A stretch of DNA of 64,000 nucleotides, taken from the IMG/VR virus record IMGVR_UViG_3300027917_000037. One strand, given 5' to 3'. Within the stretch, counting starts at the first letter, position 1; every line of letters starts with the position of its first letter. This DNA is from an uncultured virus (IMG/VR IMGVR_UViG_3300027917_000037) (lineage: Duplodnaviria > Heunggongvirae > Uroviricota > Caudoviricetes). The translations under genes and the position numbers were made by a program. Of this stretch, positions 25,266 through 35,341 are shown piece after piece. The notes beneath the pieces are model-generated. The model ran no database searches, was not told the DNA's origin, and was given only the letters and a program-made list of their open reading frames with translations.

Positions 25266-26797
25266 TGGCTGGTGATTCCCCTGCTGCAATTTTGTTTGAT
25301 GCCTATGGAAATGAAATTGCACTTGCTGATGGTTATCAAATAACTGTTGATACAAAGGGAATACCTATCATTGTTGTAAACAACAATGATGAAGCAATGT
25401 TGGTTAGATCTGATAATGATGGATATTTATTAAGTACCGCTCGAATTGAAGATCCACTTCCAGCAGGAACTAATATTATTGGTGAGGTGGGTATAGATTC
25501 AACCAATACTGGCGGCTTGGCATTAGAGATTACTCAACAAACACTTGCCACAGAATCAACTTTGGTTGATGCTTATAACAAACTCGACAGCCTTGAATCT
25601 AAAGATTTCGCTACTGAAACCACGCTACAGACTTTGGCTACCGAAGCAACACTTATTGATGCTTATAATAAGTTGGACAGCCTAGAGGCTAAAGATTTTG
25701 CTACAGAGATTACCTTAACCAGTCTTGAAAGTAAAGATTTCGCTACGGAGACAACACTTCAAACTTTAGCCACAGAAGATACACTTACTGATGCTTACAA
25801 TAAATTAGATAGTTTAGAAGCAAAAGATTTTGCTACTGAGGCAACTCTGGCAAATTTAGAAGCCAAGGATTTTGCTACAGAAACCACGCTACAGACGCTT
25901 GCAACTGAAGCAACCTTAACAGATGCCTATAACAAATTAGATAGTCTTGAGGCGAAAGATTTTGCCACCGAAGCCACATTATCTGATGCCTATGAAGCAA
26001 TTAGAGATATTCTTTACACTGATGGTATAAAGAAGATTACAGATCCCTTACCAATAGGTGATAATGATATCGGTAGGGTTAAATTAATAGATGCTTACAG
26101 CACTCAGATTCCAATCTTGGATGGATATGTTCTAGAAACTACTGCTCCTGGATTACCAGTGATGGCTAAAAATGTGGTGGATGACTCTGCACAATTTTTA
26201 CACACTGATGAAGATGGCTATTTACAAGTAGTTTCTTCAAATACCTTTACCGTTAGGTCTAGGGGTGTGGTTGGAGCAGACTTTTCCAAGTCTGACATTA
26301 ATGCAACTGAAACCTACTATATTGGAATAGATTTAGATAATAATAGTGGAGCAGGACCATACAAACACGCCTGGTCATCAGGGGAATGGATCAACATTAC
26401 TGCAATTAATGGTTTACTAATTAAAGAAAAACCAGGAGATGAATGGGATGGTTTTGTTGGTGTGATTTTACGCATAGATGGAACAGATTCAGATATTGGT
26501 TGGCTTCAAATTGGTGCATTACATGCTCGCGATACTGGGGATTTCGAGTCTACAGCAGTTTCAGATAAATTCGATACTCCTTTAAATTTAGAGGTTAGTG
26601 GTGGAGATTTGGTAAAGATTGCGCTTGGTTATATATCAACCAGCGTTACGGCAGTTAATACTGGGATAACACTTTCAGATATACAGGGAAACAATGTTAC
26701 ACCTGCTATTGGTGACGTGGTGATAAAAGCTATTCGGTCGGCATCTAGTAGTGGTGTGGCAGATATACACTATTATATTGGATACTTAGTGGAGTAA
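25265..26797 (+). CDS. Putative fibre protein with coiled-coil repeats
   Basis: Repeated TLATEATLxDAYNKLDSLEAKDFATE; LPAGTNIIGEV and LPIGDNDIGRV motifs. Confidence 0.65.
   Translation: MAGDSPAAILFDAYGNEIALADGYQITVDTKGIPIIVVNNNDEAMLVRSDNDGYLLSTARIEDPLPAGTNIIGEVGIDSTNTGGLALEITQQTLATESTLVDAYNKLDSLESKDFATETTLQTLATEATLIDAYNKLDSLEAKDFATEITLTSLESKDFATETTLQTLATEDTLTDAYNKLDSLEAKDFATEATLANLEAKDFATETTLQTLATEATLTDAYNKLDSLEAKDFATEATLSDAYEAIRDILYTDGIKKITDPLPIGDNDIGRVKLIDAYSTQIPILDGYVLETTAPGLPVMAKNVVDDSAQFLHTDEDGYLQVVSSNTFTVRSRGVVGADFSKSDINATETYYIGIDLDNNSGAGPYKHAWSSGEWINITAINGLLIKEKPGDEWDGFVGVILRIDGTDSDIGWLQIGALHARDTGDFESTAVSDKFDTPLNLEVSGGDLVKIALGYISTSVTAVNTGITLSDIQGNNVTPAIGDVVIKAIRSASSSGVADIHYYIGYLVE
25541..25995 (+). 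repeat. Degenerate protein repeats (DAYNKLDSLE x4; KDFATE x6)
   Basis: Visible in the translation; codons have diverged. Confidence 0.85.
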
Positions 26798-26799
26798 AT

Positions 26800-27411
26800 A
26801 TGACGTTTGAAGATAAACAACCGATTGTACAAATAGTGTTATATGATGGTTATGGTAGACCATATGCTGTTCCAGATGGATATGCTGTTCCATTAAACAC
26901 CCCAAGTGATATCGCTGCTGGAATTGATGAGTATGGAATGTGCCGTAGAATGATGATGATTGAGGATGAAGCAGTTCCAGATTTATGGAGACTTGCTATT
27001 ACTGGAAAAGTGTCAGTAACAATACCTCCACCACCTGCGGGAGGTTCTCCTGTAGCATATTATGCTGATGATCCGCTTTCTGTTAGTCAGGCTATATCGC
27101 CACATGATATATCATTTGTTATTGCAAGTGGAAAAACATTTCACATTCAACAAATTATTGCTGGATGTCAGGGAGACCCTGCTGCAGATGGCTCTAAGTG
27201 TGAGGTGGTATTTGATGATGGCACAGAACACTTGGTAGATAGAATATATGTAATGGGAGAGACGCAATTTGGTGATTATCCAGATACCTCTCAAGCTAGG
27301 GATGGTACAGAGATGGTTGGAAATGGGACTAATACAATAATACTTAGAAGAACAAGGCTTAGTAATTCAGATCAAGAAATTGATATTGTGGTTAGAGGAT
27401 ATGTTATTTAA
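26800..27411 (+). CDS. Putative virion appendage protein, paralog A
   Basis: Aligns over its full length with 27411-28019 (GCQGDP..DGSKCE, RDGTEM.GNGTNT, QEID.V.RGY.I). Confidence 0.65.
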   Translation: MTFEDKQPIVQIVLYDGYGRPYAVPDGYAVPLNTPSDIAAGIDEYGMCRRMMMIEDEAVPDLWRLAITGKVSVTIPPPPAGGSPVAYYADDPLSVSQAISPHDISFVIASGKTFHIQQIIAGCQGDPAADGSKCEVVFDDGTEHLVDRIYVMGETQFGDYPDTSQARDGTEMVGNGTNTIILRRTRLSNSDQEIDIVVRGYVI

Positions 27412-28019
27412 TGTCATTTGAAGATCATCAGGTTATAAAACAAGCAGTCAAGTATGATGAGTATGGTGTACCATTTGCCGTTTCGGATGGTTATGAGGTG
27501 CCTACAAATACCCCTAGTGTTATTTTCACTGGCGCAGATGAATATGGATATGGGACAAATGTCTCTATGGTGGAAGATAGCAATGTTCCAGATTTATATA
27601 GAGTAGCAGTTACAGGTAAGGTATCAATACAAATTGTTGCCACACCAGTTGGTGGAACTAATATTCAGGTTGTTGCAGATACTCCTTTGGGAATAAAAAA
27701 ACAGACTTCACCACACGATACGGTCTATGTAATACCAAATGAAAAAAAGTTATATGTAACACAAATTGTTGTTGGTTGTCAGGGTGATCCAAGTGTTGAT
27801 GGTTCAAAATGTGAACTTATATTTAATGATGGTAGTGATCATCTGTTAGAAAGGGTATATGTTATGGGATTGACCACATTCAATTACCCAAATGTTTGTA
27901 CAACGAGAGATGGTACAGAAATGATAGGAAATGGAACCAATACTTTTATTGTAAGAAGAATAAGACTGAGTGTTGCTGAGCAGGAAATTGATGCTGTGGC
28001 AAGAGGATATATAATATAA
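27411..28019 (+). CDS. Putative virion appendage protein, paralog B
   Basis: Tandem paralog of 26800; TAATG coupling. Confidence 0.65.
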   Translation: MSFEDHQVIKQAVKYDEYGVPFAVSDGYEVPTNTPSVIFTGADEYGYGTNVSMVEDSNVPDLYRVAVTGKVSIQIVATPVGGTNIQVVADTPLGIKKQTSPHDTVYVIPNEKKLYVTQIVVGCQGDPSVDGSKCELIFNDGSDHLLERVYVMGLTTFNYPNVCTTRDGTEMIGNGTNTFIVRRIRLSVAEQEIDAVARGYII

Positions 28020-28420
28020 TGGCATTACACATACAAGCAGATGAGTGGACAAAAAATCAGAGTGTTGGAAGTGATTGGGTGACTGTTTGGACAACAGATA
28101 TTGTTCAATTTAAAGCCAAGTTTTTCCACGCTATTTGGCAAATCAATTCAAGTTATATGCGCGTAAAACTTACATATAACGAAGAAACTTCGTTGGATTT
28201 AGATTTAAATGAACTCGCATCTGATTTTAAGTTGTCTTTACCACAAGATCCTGCACACAAGTTTATGTTAACAGAATATCAATCTGGGTTATGGATTATG
28301 ATGCCACCAGAACCATTTTATACAAATATTGGTTCTAGTATATCCATACAAATGAAATCAACAAACAGTAATAAAACATATGTTGTAAGTCGCGGTATTA
28401 CCGTGTGGGGGCAGCCATGA
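28019..28420 (+). CDS. Hypothetical beta-rich protein
   Basis: TAATG coupling. Confidence 0.55.
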   Translation: MALHIQADEWTKNQSVGSDWVTVWTTDIVQFKAKFFHAIWQINSSYMRVKLTYNEETSLDLDLNELASDFKLSLPQDPAHKFMLTEYQSGLWIMMPPEPFYTNIGSSISIQMKSTNSNKTYVVSRGITVWGQP

Positions 28421-29547
28421 GAATGAAAGAACTCGATATATCATATAGTGTATGGAAAGATGTGGTGGATGTCAACCCATTGTGGGAAACATACCACATG
28501 ATGGATGGGTACAATTCCGCACTTTTGTGGGCCGGCGGCGAAATCGCACAACATACGGGGCGAGTGCATCATTCAGAATTTATATATTGTTCAATGGTTG
28601 ATGCCGACAGTTATGAAGATTGGGCAACTAATTTTGTATCTACAAGCATTCGTGTTTTCAAAAAGGATGATGCTACTGCTTATATTCTTTCTTTTACTGC
28701 CCCATTAACATGCGTGCATTTGAGCGCACCAGAAGAGCCTGATGGTAAGCCGGTTATGGTACAAGCTCCATTTACAGATGGGCTGTATATGTTCGTATCA
28801 GCAAGGGGCGATTCTTTAGATGAATATGGAACTCTTTCACGCGGAGAAGGAACCAAATTAATAATCAATTATGATGCCTATGAAAGTGGTGAAAAAGAAG
28901 TTGTTGCGACATTTTACGAATGTATAGAACTGCATGACGGTCATGTCGATTTTGATCCAGATGATTGGGATTTTGACGATGAGTGGTCAATAGCAATTAG
29001 AATTCCAGCAACTACTGTTACACCTAATGGTAGTAATGAAGGGAATTGCAATTTAGTAGCAGCCCAAGAACTCTATCCGTGGGATAGTGGCACAACTTAT
29101 TCCTTCGGCGATATGGTAACTCATAATGGAGTAAACTATTATTGTGTGGCTGGTCACATCAACCAAGAACCTCCAAGCGCATATTGGGTAAATGCAGTGA
29201 ATGTTATAGTGCCGGCTGCTGGTGATGGTGCCTATGATGTCGATCTAAGTGAAGCAATTCCTGTTCCATACGAGGATGCTGGTTATTGGGACTATAATCC
29301 ATGGACCGATGTATTCACTCCAGCGGATGCAGGTGCCGACTGGATGTTGTTTGATTTTGCCATGGATGATGTTTATTTAGTTAAAAATATGATATGCTCC
29401 TCTAGAAGAGGATTTTGGGAACTAGACGCCTATAAAGTTGAGCCAATTTATGCTAGATGGAAATTAGTATTTAGTACAAATCGTAATGCGGTTGGCCCAG
29501 CAACAATAGGCGGTCATTATACTTGTTTTAGGGAGGATACAACATGA
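28405..29547 (+). CDS. Acidic protein with a CBM5/12-like carbohydrate-binding module
   Basis: PWDSGTTYSFGDMVTHNGVNYYCVAGHINQEPPSAYW; true start may be 28417. Confidence 0.65.
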   Translation: MGAAMRMKELDISYSVWKDVVDVNPLWETYHMMDGYNSALLWAGGEIAQHTGRVHHSEFIYCSMVDADSYEDWATNFVSTSIRVFKKDDATAYILSFTAPLTCVHLSAPEEPDGKPVMVQAPFTDGLYMFVSARGDSLDEYGTLSRGEGTKLIINYDAYESGEKEVVATFYECIELHDGHVDFDPDDWDFDDEWSIAIRIPATTVTPNGSNEGNCNLVAAQELYPWDSGTTYSFGDMVTHNGVNYYCVAGHINQEPPSAYWVNAVNVIVPAAGDGAYDVDLSEAIPVPYEDAGYWDYNPWTDVFTPADAGADWMLFDFAMDDVYLVKNMICSSRRGFWELDAYKVEPIYARWKLVFSTNRNAVGPATIGGHYTCFREDTT

Positions 29548-29666
29548 AGCCGCTAACCAGAGGTAAACGCAAATATGTACCCAAAGATGTATGTAAGCAT
29601 CTTGAAAAAATTGAGGTTGAGAAAAAAGAAACTGAAAAAAATGAAAAGAACGAGGATAAGAAATGA
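29544..29666 (+). CDS. 40-aa charged peptide (not in the ORF track)
   Basis: GGAGG RBS; ATGA overlaps at both ends; MKPLTRGKRKYVPKDV... Confidence 0.5.
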   Translation: MKPLTRGKRKYVPKDVCKHLEKIEVEKKETEKNEKNEDKK

Positions 29667-30550
29667 AAACAGCATTGGTAGTTGCTGGTGGTGGTAGTAG
29701 GGGTGCGTTTGGTGTTGGTGTGATTGAAGTTTTGCGTGAAAAAGATGTTACATTTGACCTTATAACTGGAACGAGCACGGGGGCCCTTATTGCTCCTCTG
29801 GCAGCATTGGATGATATCGATGAATTAATTAGGCAATATACTGAAGTTAAAACTAAGGATATTATTCGTAAAAACTGGCGCGGTTTGTTTTGGAAATCAA
29901 TTTATCATACACGCCCCTTAGAGAGGCGTATTCGAAAAACACTTATGGAAGGTTTTCCAAGTCGCTATAAACAATTGATGTTACCCGAGGCACCACGAAT
30001 GTTTGTTTGTACCGTAAGTCTTCAATCAGTAGCAGCACAATATTTTAGTCAAATATCTGATGATTTGGCTAAGGGTTTTGGCTGTTTGGAAGATATGGTA
30101 CAAGCCATTCTCGGGTCAGCAAGCCAGCCGATTTTCATGCCCCCGCCTGAACTTTTTGGAGAACAATGGGTGGATGGAGGTATACGCGAAATTGCACCCC
30201 TGGGTGTAGCAATTAAGGCTGGCGCGGAACGCATTTTTGTTATATTACATAGTGCAGATGAGGGGTTTGATAAAAGTACTGAAAAGTATACCAACTTATT
30301 ATCAATAGGTAAAAGAACATTAGATTTAATGCTTGATGAAATTATTTTGAATGATGTACGATATGCTGAATTATATAATCGTATGATTCGTCAGTGTGGT
30401 AAATTTGATGGAAAAAGAAATGTTGAAATTACTCTTATTAGGCCAAAAAACCCACTACCATCAGATGGCTTAACTTTTAAGCCTGAAATAATGCAACAAA
30501 TGCGTGTACTTGGACAAGAGAGAGCACAACAAATATTATCAAATAAATAA
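29663..30550 (+). CDS. Patatin-like phospholipase
   Basis: GGGSRG oxyanion motif, GTSTG nucleophile, SASQP, WVDGG. Confidence 0.92.
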   Translation: MKTALVVAGGGSRGAFGVGVIEVLREKDVTFDLITGTSTGALIAPLAALDDIDELIRQYTEVKTKDIIRKNWRGLFWKSIYHTRPLERRIRKTLMEGFPSRYKQLMLPEAPRMFVCTVSLQSVAAQYFSQISDDLAKGFGCLEDMVQAILGSASQPIFMPPPELFGEQWVDGGIREIAPLGVAIKAGAERIFVILHSADEGFDKSTEKYTNLLSIGKRTLDLMLDEIILNDVRYAELYNRMIRQCGKFDGKRNVEITLIRPKNPLPSDGLTFKPEIMQQMRVLGQERAQQILSNK

Positions 30551-30561
30551 CAGGAAGTACG

Positions 30562-31230
30562 ATGTATCTGATCATCAGCGATACACACATTGGAGATAGA
30601 CATTCTAATAAATTTTTACCAGGGCTTTTTTCAGTTTTAAAAAAATATTCACAATATGATAATTGTCATTTGGTTTTAAATGGTGATATTATCGATTGGG
30701 CAAAACATTTGGGGTTTGATGAAAGACATAGAGTATTTTTTACTCTTATTGGTAAGTTTAAAAAAATAACATATATTGAAGGGAATCATGATTGGTTTGT
30801 AGCAGGTTTAAAAGATGTTATTCCATGCATATCTTTTAAGGAAGAATTACTTTTACACTTAGATAATAAAATTGTAAGAATAATTCACGGCCATCAGACA
30901 GATTTTTGGGCAACTAAGTTACCAAGATTTAATAGATTTTTGATAAAATTTAACCATTGGGGTTATAATTTAATCAATGTGGATGTTCAGCACAAGGTTC
31001 GGAAAACATGGTTGGTTCAAAAATTTCTTTTAGAAAGGCAAGAAAAAAAACTTATTCGTAAAGAAAATATAGCAAATGTGCTAATAGCGGGGCATACGCA
31101 CAGGCCATGTGTTCGAGAGTGTGACGGTATTGTGTATTATAACACAGGGGATTGGGTCGAGGCCGATCATCGAGCATTTGTTATAATTGATGATCAGAAT
31201 AATATTGAGTTAATTAAATACGAAGGTTAG
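30562..31230 (+). CDS. Calcineurin-like metallophosphoesterase (LpxH-like)
   Basis: SDTHIG, NGDIID, GNHD, IHGH, GHTH, YNTGDW. Confidence 0.88.
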   Translation: MYLIISDTHIGDRHSNKFLPGLFSVLKKYSQYDNCHLVLNGDIIDWAKHLGFDERHRVFFTLIGKFKKITYIEGNHDWFVAGLKDVIPCISFKEELLLHLDNKIVRIIHGHQTDFWATKLPRFNRFLIKFNHWGYNLINVDVQHKVRKTWLVQKFLLERQEKKLIRKENIANVLIAGHTHRPCVRECDGIVYYNTGDWVEADHRAFVIIDDQNNIELIKYEG

Positions 31231-31240
31231 GAAGACTAAG

Positions 31241-32851
31241 ATGGATAGATATGAAATAAGAAGGGAAGTTCAAAAGGCATTTTCAAAGGGAAGTAAAGAT
31301 AATTTATATAAAGCGTTGCGTGCCGAAGATACCGCTGCCTTAGTCGATATTCTATGGGAATACATGGAAGAAGCAGATAGTGGGTATGTGGCAAAAAGAG
31401 AACTTGTTGATAAGCAAGATGAATTGGAAGAGTTACTGAAAAAAATAAAGGCATTAAATGATAAATCTGGTCAGCGTACCAGGTGCCTTGAAATCCTACC
31501 AGATAGAAGGGCATTAATTCAACTTGGACCTCTAAAAGAAGAGGTTATGATTTCTCCTTCCGTAGATCTTAAACAATTAAAAGCAGGTACTGAGGTGTTG
31601 GTGATTGGCTGCAATGAGGGGCGTATGATTGCCGCTGTGCGCAAACCTTCACTTAATGAAGGAAGAATAACAAAAATTCACCAAATTTTGGATGATGAAA
31701 GGGTTATTATTGAAGATGGTGGTCATGAATTTATCCTTCGACTTGCTGAGGGCGTGGAATGTGAGGTTGGGAATAAAATTCGCTATGATTTAGAAGCACA
31801 GCTGGTTTTGGAAGTTCTTGAAAACACTGAAGCTTCCGTTTTTTCATTGTCGGAAGTTCCAGAAGCGACCTTTGAAGATGTTAAAGGTTTGGAAGAAGAG
31901 AAGGAATTTTTAAAAGAAAAGATTGTTTATCCTATAGTTTATAAAGAAAAATTTAACAAATATGGGATCAAGCCAATTCGCGCAGCATTATTTCATGGCC
32001 CAAGTGGATGTGGTAAAACTTTTATTGCTGGCGCCATTTTTAACGAAATGATTCGCCTTAAAAAGGAAGGACCCTTATCGCAAAATCCGAAAGATTATAA
32101 AGGTTTTTTTGTAATTAATGGCCCAGAAGTTTTAAATAAATGGGCAGGAGCAACTGAAGAAACAATACGAAAAATCTTCGAAGAGGCTCGAAAAGTTGCA
32201 GCAGAATCGAATTGTCCATCCCTTATATTCTGGGACGAAATTGAAAGCATTACAAGAAAGCGAACGGATTCAGCTACTTACACTCCGGAAAAAACTGTTG
32301 TTCCAACACTTTTAGCTGAAATTCAGGGGTTAGAATCTACGCATAATGTAATACTAATAGGGGCGACCAACAGGCCCGATCTGATTGATCCTGCGCTGAT
32401 GCGCCCTGGACGCTTGGGTGATGCAATTATCGAAATTCCGCGCCCTGAAAGACAAGCAGGGCAGAAAATATTAGAAAAGGCCTTTAATCGTGAAGGCTTA
32501 CCATCAGGTTTAGAAGCACTCCTGGAAGAGGATTTAGTGGGGCAGCTGATTGCTAATATATATGATAATGAAAAACCATTGGCTGTTGCAAAGTTAGTTG
32601 ATGGATCATCTAAGCCCCTGATGAGACAAGAAATGGTAAATGGAGCTTTGTTTGCTCAATTGGGAGAAGAAATAGTTAGAAAAACATGTATGGTAGAAAT
32701 TAAAAACGAGGAAACTCCTAAAGTATCAGAATTATTAAAAATGTCTGATAATATTTTATTAGCGCAAATAGGAGTTCTTGACGCTGGTGTTAAAAACGGT
32801 TTTACGCTAGATATATCCAACTATGTTATTGATGTTTCTTTAAATGCCTAA
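31241..32851 (+). CDS. AAA+ ATPase of the ARC/Mpa (proteasome-associated) type
   Basis: N-terminal coiled coil plus two OB-like segments; GPSGCGKT; INGPEVLNKWAGATEETIRKIFEEAR; IFWDEIES; GATNRPDLIDPALMRPGRL. Confidence 0.85.
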   Translation: MDRYEIRREVQKAFSKGSKDNLYKALRAEDTAALVDILWEYMEEADSGYVAKRELVDKQDELEELLKKIKALNDKSGQRTRCLEILPDRRALIQLGPLKEEVMISPSVDLKQLKAGTEVLVIGCNEGRMIAAVRKPSLNEGRITKIHQILDDERVIIEDGGHEFILRLAEGVECEVGNKIRYDLEAQLVLEVLENTEASVFSLSEVPEATFEDVKGLEEEKEFLKEKIVYPIVYKEKFNKYGIKPIRAALFHGPSGCGKTFIAGAIFNEMIRLKKEGPLSQNPKDYKGFFVINGPEVLNKWAGATEETIRKIFEEARKVAAESNCPSLIFWDEIESITRKRTDSATYTPEKTVVPTLLAEIQGLESTHNVILIGATNRPDLIDPALMRPGRLGDAIIEIPRPERQAGQKILEKAFNREGLPSGLEALLEEDLVGQLIANIYDNEKPLAVAKLVDGSSKPLMRQEMVNGALFAQLGEEIVRKTCMVEIKNEETPKVSELLKMSDNILLAQIGVLDAGVKNGFTLDISNYVIDVSLNA

Positions 32852-32861
32852 TAAGAAAAAA

Positions 32862-32882
32862 CTATCAATAACAAGATATTAG
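32862..32882 (+). promoter_or_regulatory. Putative phage late promoter
   Basis: CTATCAATAA-caaga-TATTAG. Confidence 0.65.
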
Positions 32883-32958
32883 GTTAGGAAGACGCTAGTG
32901 TGCCCTTTGGGGCAGTTCATGTTTTGGTTAGTTTTTATGTTAATGTTAAGGAGTAGTA

Positions 32959-33378
32959 ATGCCAAGGTCCCTAATACGGGGTCCTCAGGTGCTCGACAGG
33001 TCTATTGAGGCCGTAGATTTAGCCAAGGACTCGGTTATTACGGAAAAGATAAAGGATGGCAATGTAACCTGCGTGAAGTTAGCGCCTGGGTTATGTGATC
33101 GCTTCCTGGCCAGTTCAACTCCAATTGCAAGAGTGAGGTTGACGGCAGATTTTCCAGCGGATGCGGATTTCACTATTCCTAACGGATTAACATATAGCCA
33201 AACAGAATTTGTTGAAAGAGTTGCTGTTTACAGAAATGGTCAGCTTCTTTACAATGGAACAACACAACCAACTAACGACGCAGACCCGACAGATGTTTAT
33301 CCTGGTAGCGATAATTCAAAAATCAAGTTTTGCTGGGGATTAACACGGGGTGACACCATACAGGTAATCGTATTATGA
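32959..33378 (+). CDS. Short fibre-like protein sharing its termini with 33632
   Basis: RSLIRGPQV versus RSLLRPDQL; VYRNGQLL...DTIQVI versus IYWNGQLL...AVIQIV. Confidence 0.6.
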   Translation: MPRSLIRGPQVLDRSIEAVDLAKDSVITEKIKDGNVTCVKLAPGLCDRFLASSTPIARVRLTADFPADADFTIPNGLTYSQTEFVERVAVYRNGQLLYNGTTQPTNDADPTDVYPGSDNSKIKFCWGLTRGDTIQVIVL

Positions 33379-33608
33379 GTGAACAAGAAAAAATTTACAC
33401 CACTAGTGATATTGCTCTTGCTGCTTACCTTAAGTTACAAGGTCTGCGACTAATTGAATGTGGGCGTCAGGATAGTAAGTTCCATTTTGTTTTTGAAGAT
33501 CCTGATGATGATGCTGAAAAATTGGCTTTAGATTTCGTTAATAGTGATATGAGACGATACGACGACGAGATGCGTTCGTTAAAGAAAATAATATATAGTA
33601 AAAAATAA
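33375..33608 (+). CDS. Small phage protein (DUF5659-like)
   Basis: YTTSDIALAAYL...G......FHFVFED pattern. Confidence 0.55.
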   Translation: MSEQEKIYTTSDIALAAYLKLQGLRLIECGRQDSKFHFVFEDPDDDAEKLALDFVNSDMRRYDDEMRSLKKIIYSKK

Positions 33609-33631
33609 TGTTAATTGGAGGACTTAGATAA

Positions 33632-35257
33632 ATGATGGCTCAGCGTTCATTACTCCGTCCAGATCAATTGGATTCCAACGGAAGTTATAATTTTGCCCAA
33701 CTTGTCATTGACGGTTATTCGGGTGGAGACTTGCAAGATGGTTATCTAATGGGTTTGGTTCTTACCGACGGTTATGAAGGAGGAAGCGAAACCGTAAGAA
33801 TTGATGCACATGATGGTGCTATCAACCAGGTGGGTACGGGTCAAGTTACTTTCAATGGTAATGTGCAGGCAAACCAGAATGTAACTATTGAGGGTGATTT
33901 AACAGTAAGAGGTACTACCACATCTATTGAAACCGATCAAATGGTTGTGACTGATCCTATTACTGTAATCAATGCTACTGGCACTGAAGCATTAGATGAT
34001 TGGACAGGTTTTACTGCACGAGATACTGATGGCTACAATAGAATTGGTTGGGTGTTTGAGGAAGGCGGAGTTGATGGATATTGGGCTGTTTCTTCAGTAT
34101 ATAATGCAGACCCAGATGCGGTACCAAATCATGCACTTGCCTTTTTAGGTGATGGCTACACCAATGGAGATCTCTCTTCAACTGATGATGGGGATTCTGG
34201 TGCCGATAAAATTGGTATTACAGCAATTGATGGAATTAATGCTGATAATGTACAGATAGCGTTAGAAGCATTGGACGACAATATTGACATTAATGCTGGT
34301 AATATTGCAACAAACGCAAGCAATATCGCAACCAATGCAAGCAACATCGCAACAAATGCAAGTAACATTGCAACAAATGCAAGTAATATCGCGCAGAATG
34401 CTGCCGATATTGATGCTTTGGAACAGGGAACTACATATAATCAGTGGACTTTGAACACTGATGCAACGGCTGGTTCTGATGAAGATGCATGTTTCATCAT
34501 GAGTGGCGGCGATGGTGCTAATCTCGTTGATGGTTATTTCTGTGTAATTACAGATTCTGTTGGCGGGGATAGGTTCCAGATGCAGTTGTACGAAGGTGGT
34601 GCTAAGCAATCTACAGATCTACACCTTGGCACCGCAAGTGAAACTGCAAGTGCTGATGCAACTCTTACCTTCAATGCTGGTAATGGTGTTGACGCATATC
34701 AGGCTTCCATTTCTCTTGATGGTAATAGTTCTGATCAAGGTGATTTGATCTATACTGCAGTTGATCACCTCTTCACTGGTGATATTCTTCCATCTGCTGA
34801 TTGTACATATCAACTTGGTGATGAATCACATAGGTTCCTTGATGCATATTTCTGTTTGTTTACTCCAGCAAATTATACACCAGTTGGTAGTAACTCGAGT
34901 TTGGAAGGTCACCTTAAGGGTCTTGATAATGCTATTACTGGTGGTGGTGTTGCACTTCAGCCAGAAAGGGGCGTTTATTACATCACTAATGCTGAGGCTA
35001 CTGCAGATACTTTAGATTCTAGCAGAGCGGTTGATCAGGGTACAGCCGTAGATGTTAGTGGCTGGACCGATGCAGATTTTAGAGATTATGCATGGATCTA
35101 TTGGAATGGTCAGCTTCTTGTTAATGATCCAACACCAGCAGCAAATCAGGGGGCTGTGCAAAATGATGTTGCAAGAGAGACGGGCACACTGCAAAACCTT
35201 ATTTTTGCTGGCGATCTTAAGAAGAATGCTGTTATTCAAATTGTCGACTTTAGATAA
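33632..35257 (+). CDS. Trimeric fibre protein (collar/whisker or head fibre)
   Basis: GDLTVRGTTTSIET...DPITVIN motif, IATNASN heptads, seven DGY; own terminator. Confidence 0.7.
   Translation: MMAQRSLLRPDQLDSNGSYNFAQLVIDGYSGGDLQDGYLMGLVLTDGYEGGSETVRIDAHDGAINQVGTGQVTFNGNVQANQNVTIEGDLTVRGTTTSIETDQMVVTDPITVINATGTEALDDWTGFTARDTDGYNRIGWVFEEGGVDGYWAVSSVYNADPDAVPNHALAFLGDGYTNGDLSSTDDGDSGADKIGITAIDGINADNVQIALEALDDNIDINAGNIATNASNIATNASNIATNASNIATNASNIAQNAADIDALEQGTTYNQWTLNTDATAGSDEDACFIMSGGDGANLVDGYFCVITDSVGGDRFQMQLYEGGAKQSTDLHLGTASETASADATLTFNAGNGVDAYQASISLDGNSSDQGDLIYTAVDHLFTGDILPSADCTYQLGDESHRFLDAYFCLFTPANYTPVGSNSSLEGHLKGLDNAITGGGVALQPERGVYYITNAEATADTLDSSRAVDQGTAVDVSGWTDADFRDYAWIYWNGQLLVNDPTPAANQGAVQNDVARETGTLQNLIFAGDLKKNAVIQIVDFR
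34283..34408 (+). repeat. Heptad repeat I-x-x-N-x-x-N (IATNASN x4 plus flanking variants)
   Basis: Asn-at-d pattern typical of trimeric coiled coils. Confidence 0.9.
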
Positions 35258-35290
35258 GGAAAGATAGCTTAGCTCTTAGCCTAGCTTAAT

Positions 35291-35321
35291 AGGGCGGCGG
35301 CGGATGCCGTCGCCCTTTTTT
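35291..35321 (+). terminator. Intrinsic terminator
   Basis: AGGGCGGCGGC-ggat-GCCGTCGCCCT followed by a T run. Confidence 0.88.
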
Positions 35322-35341
35322 AACTTTGAAAGGAGAAAGAG

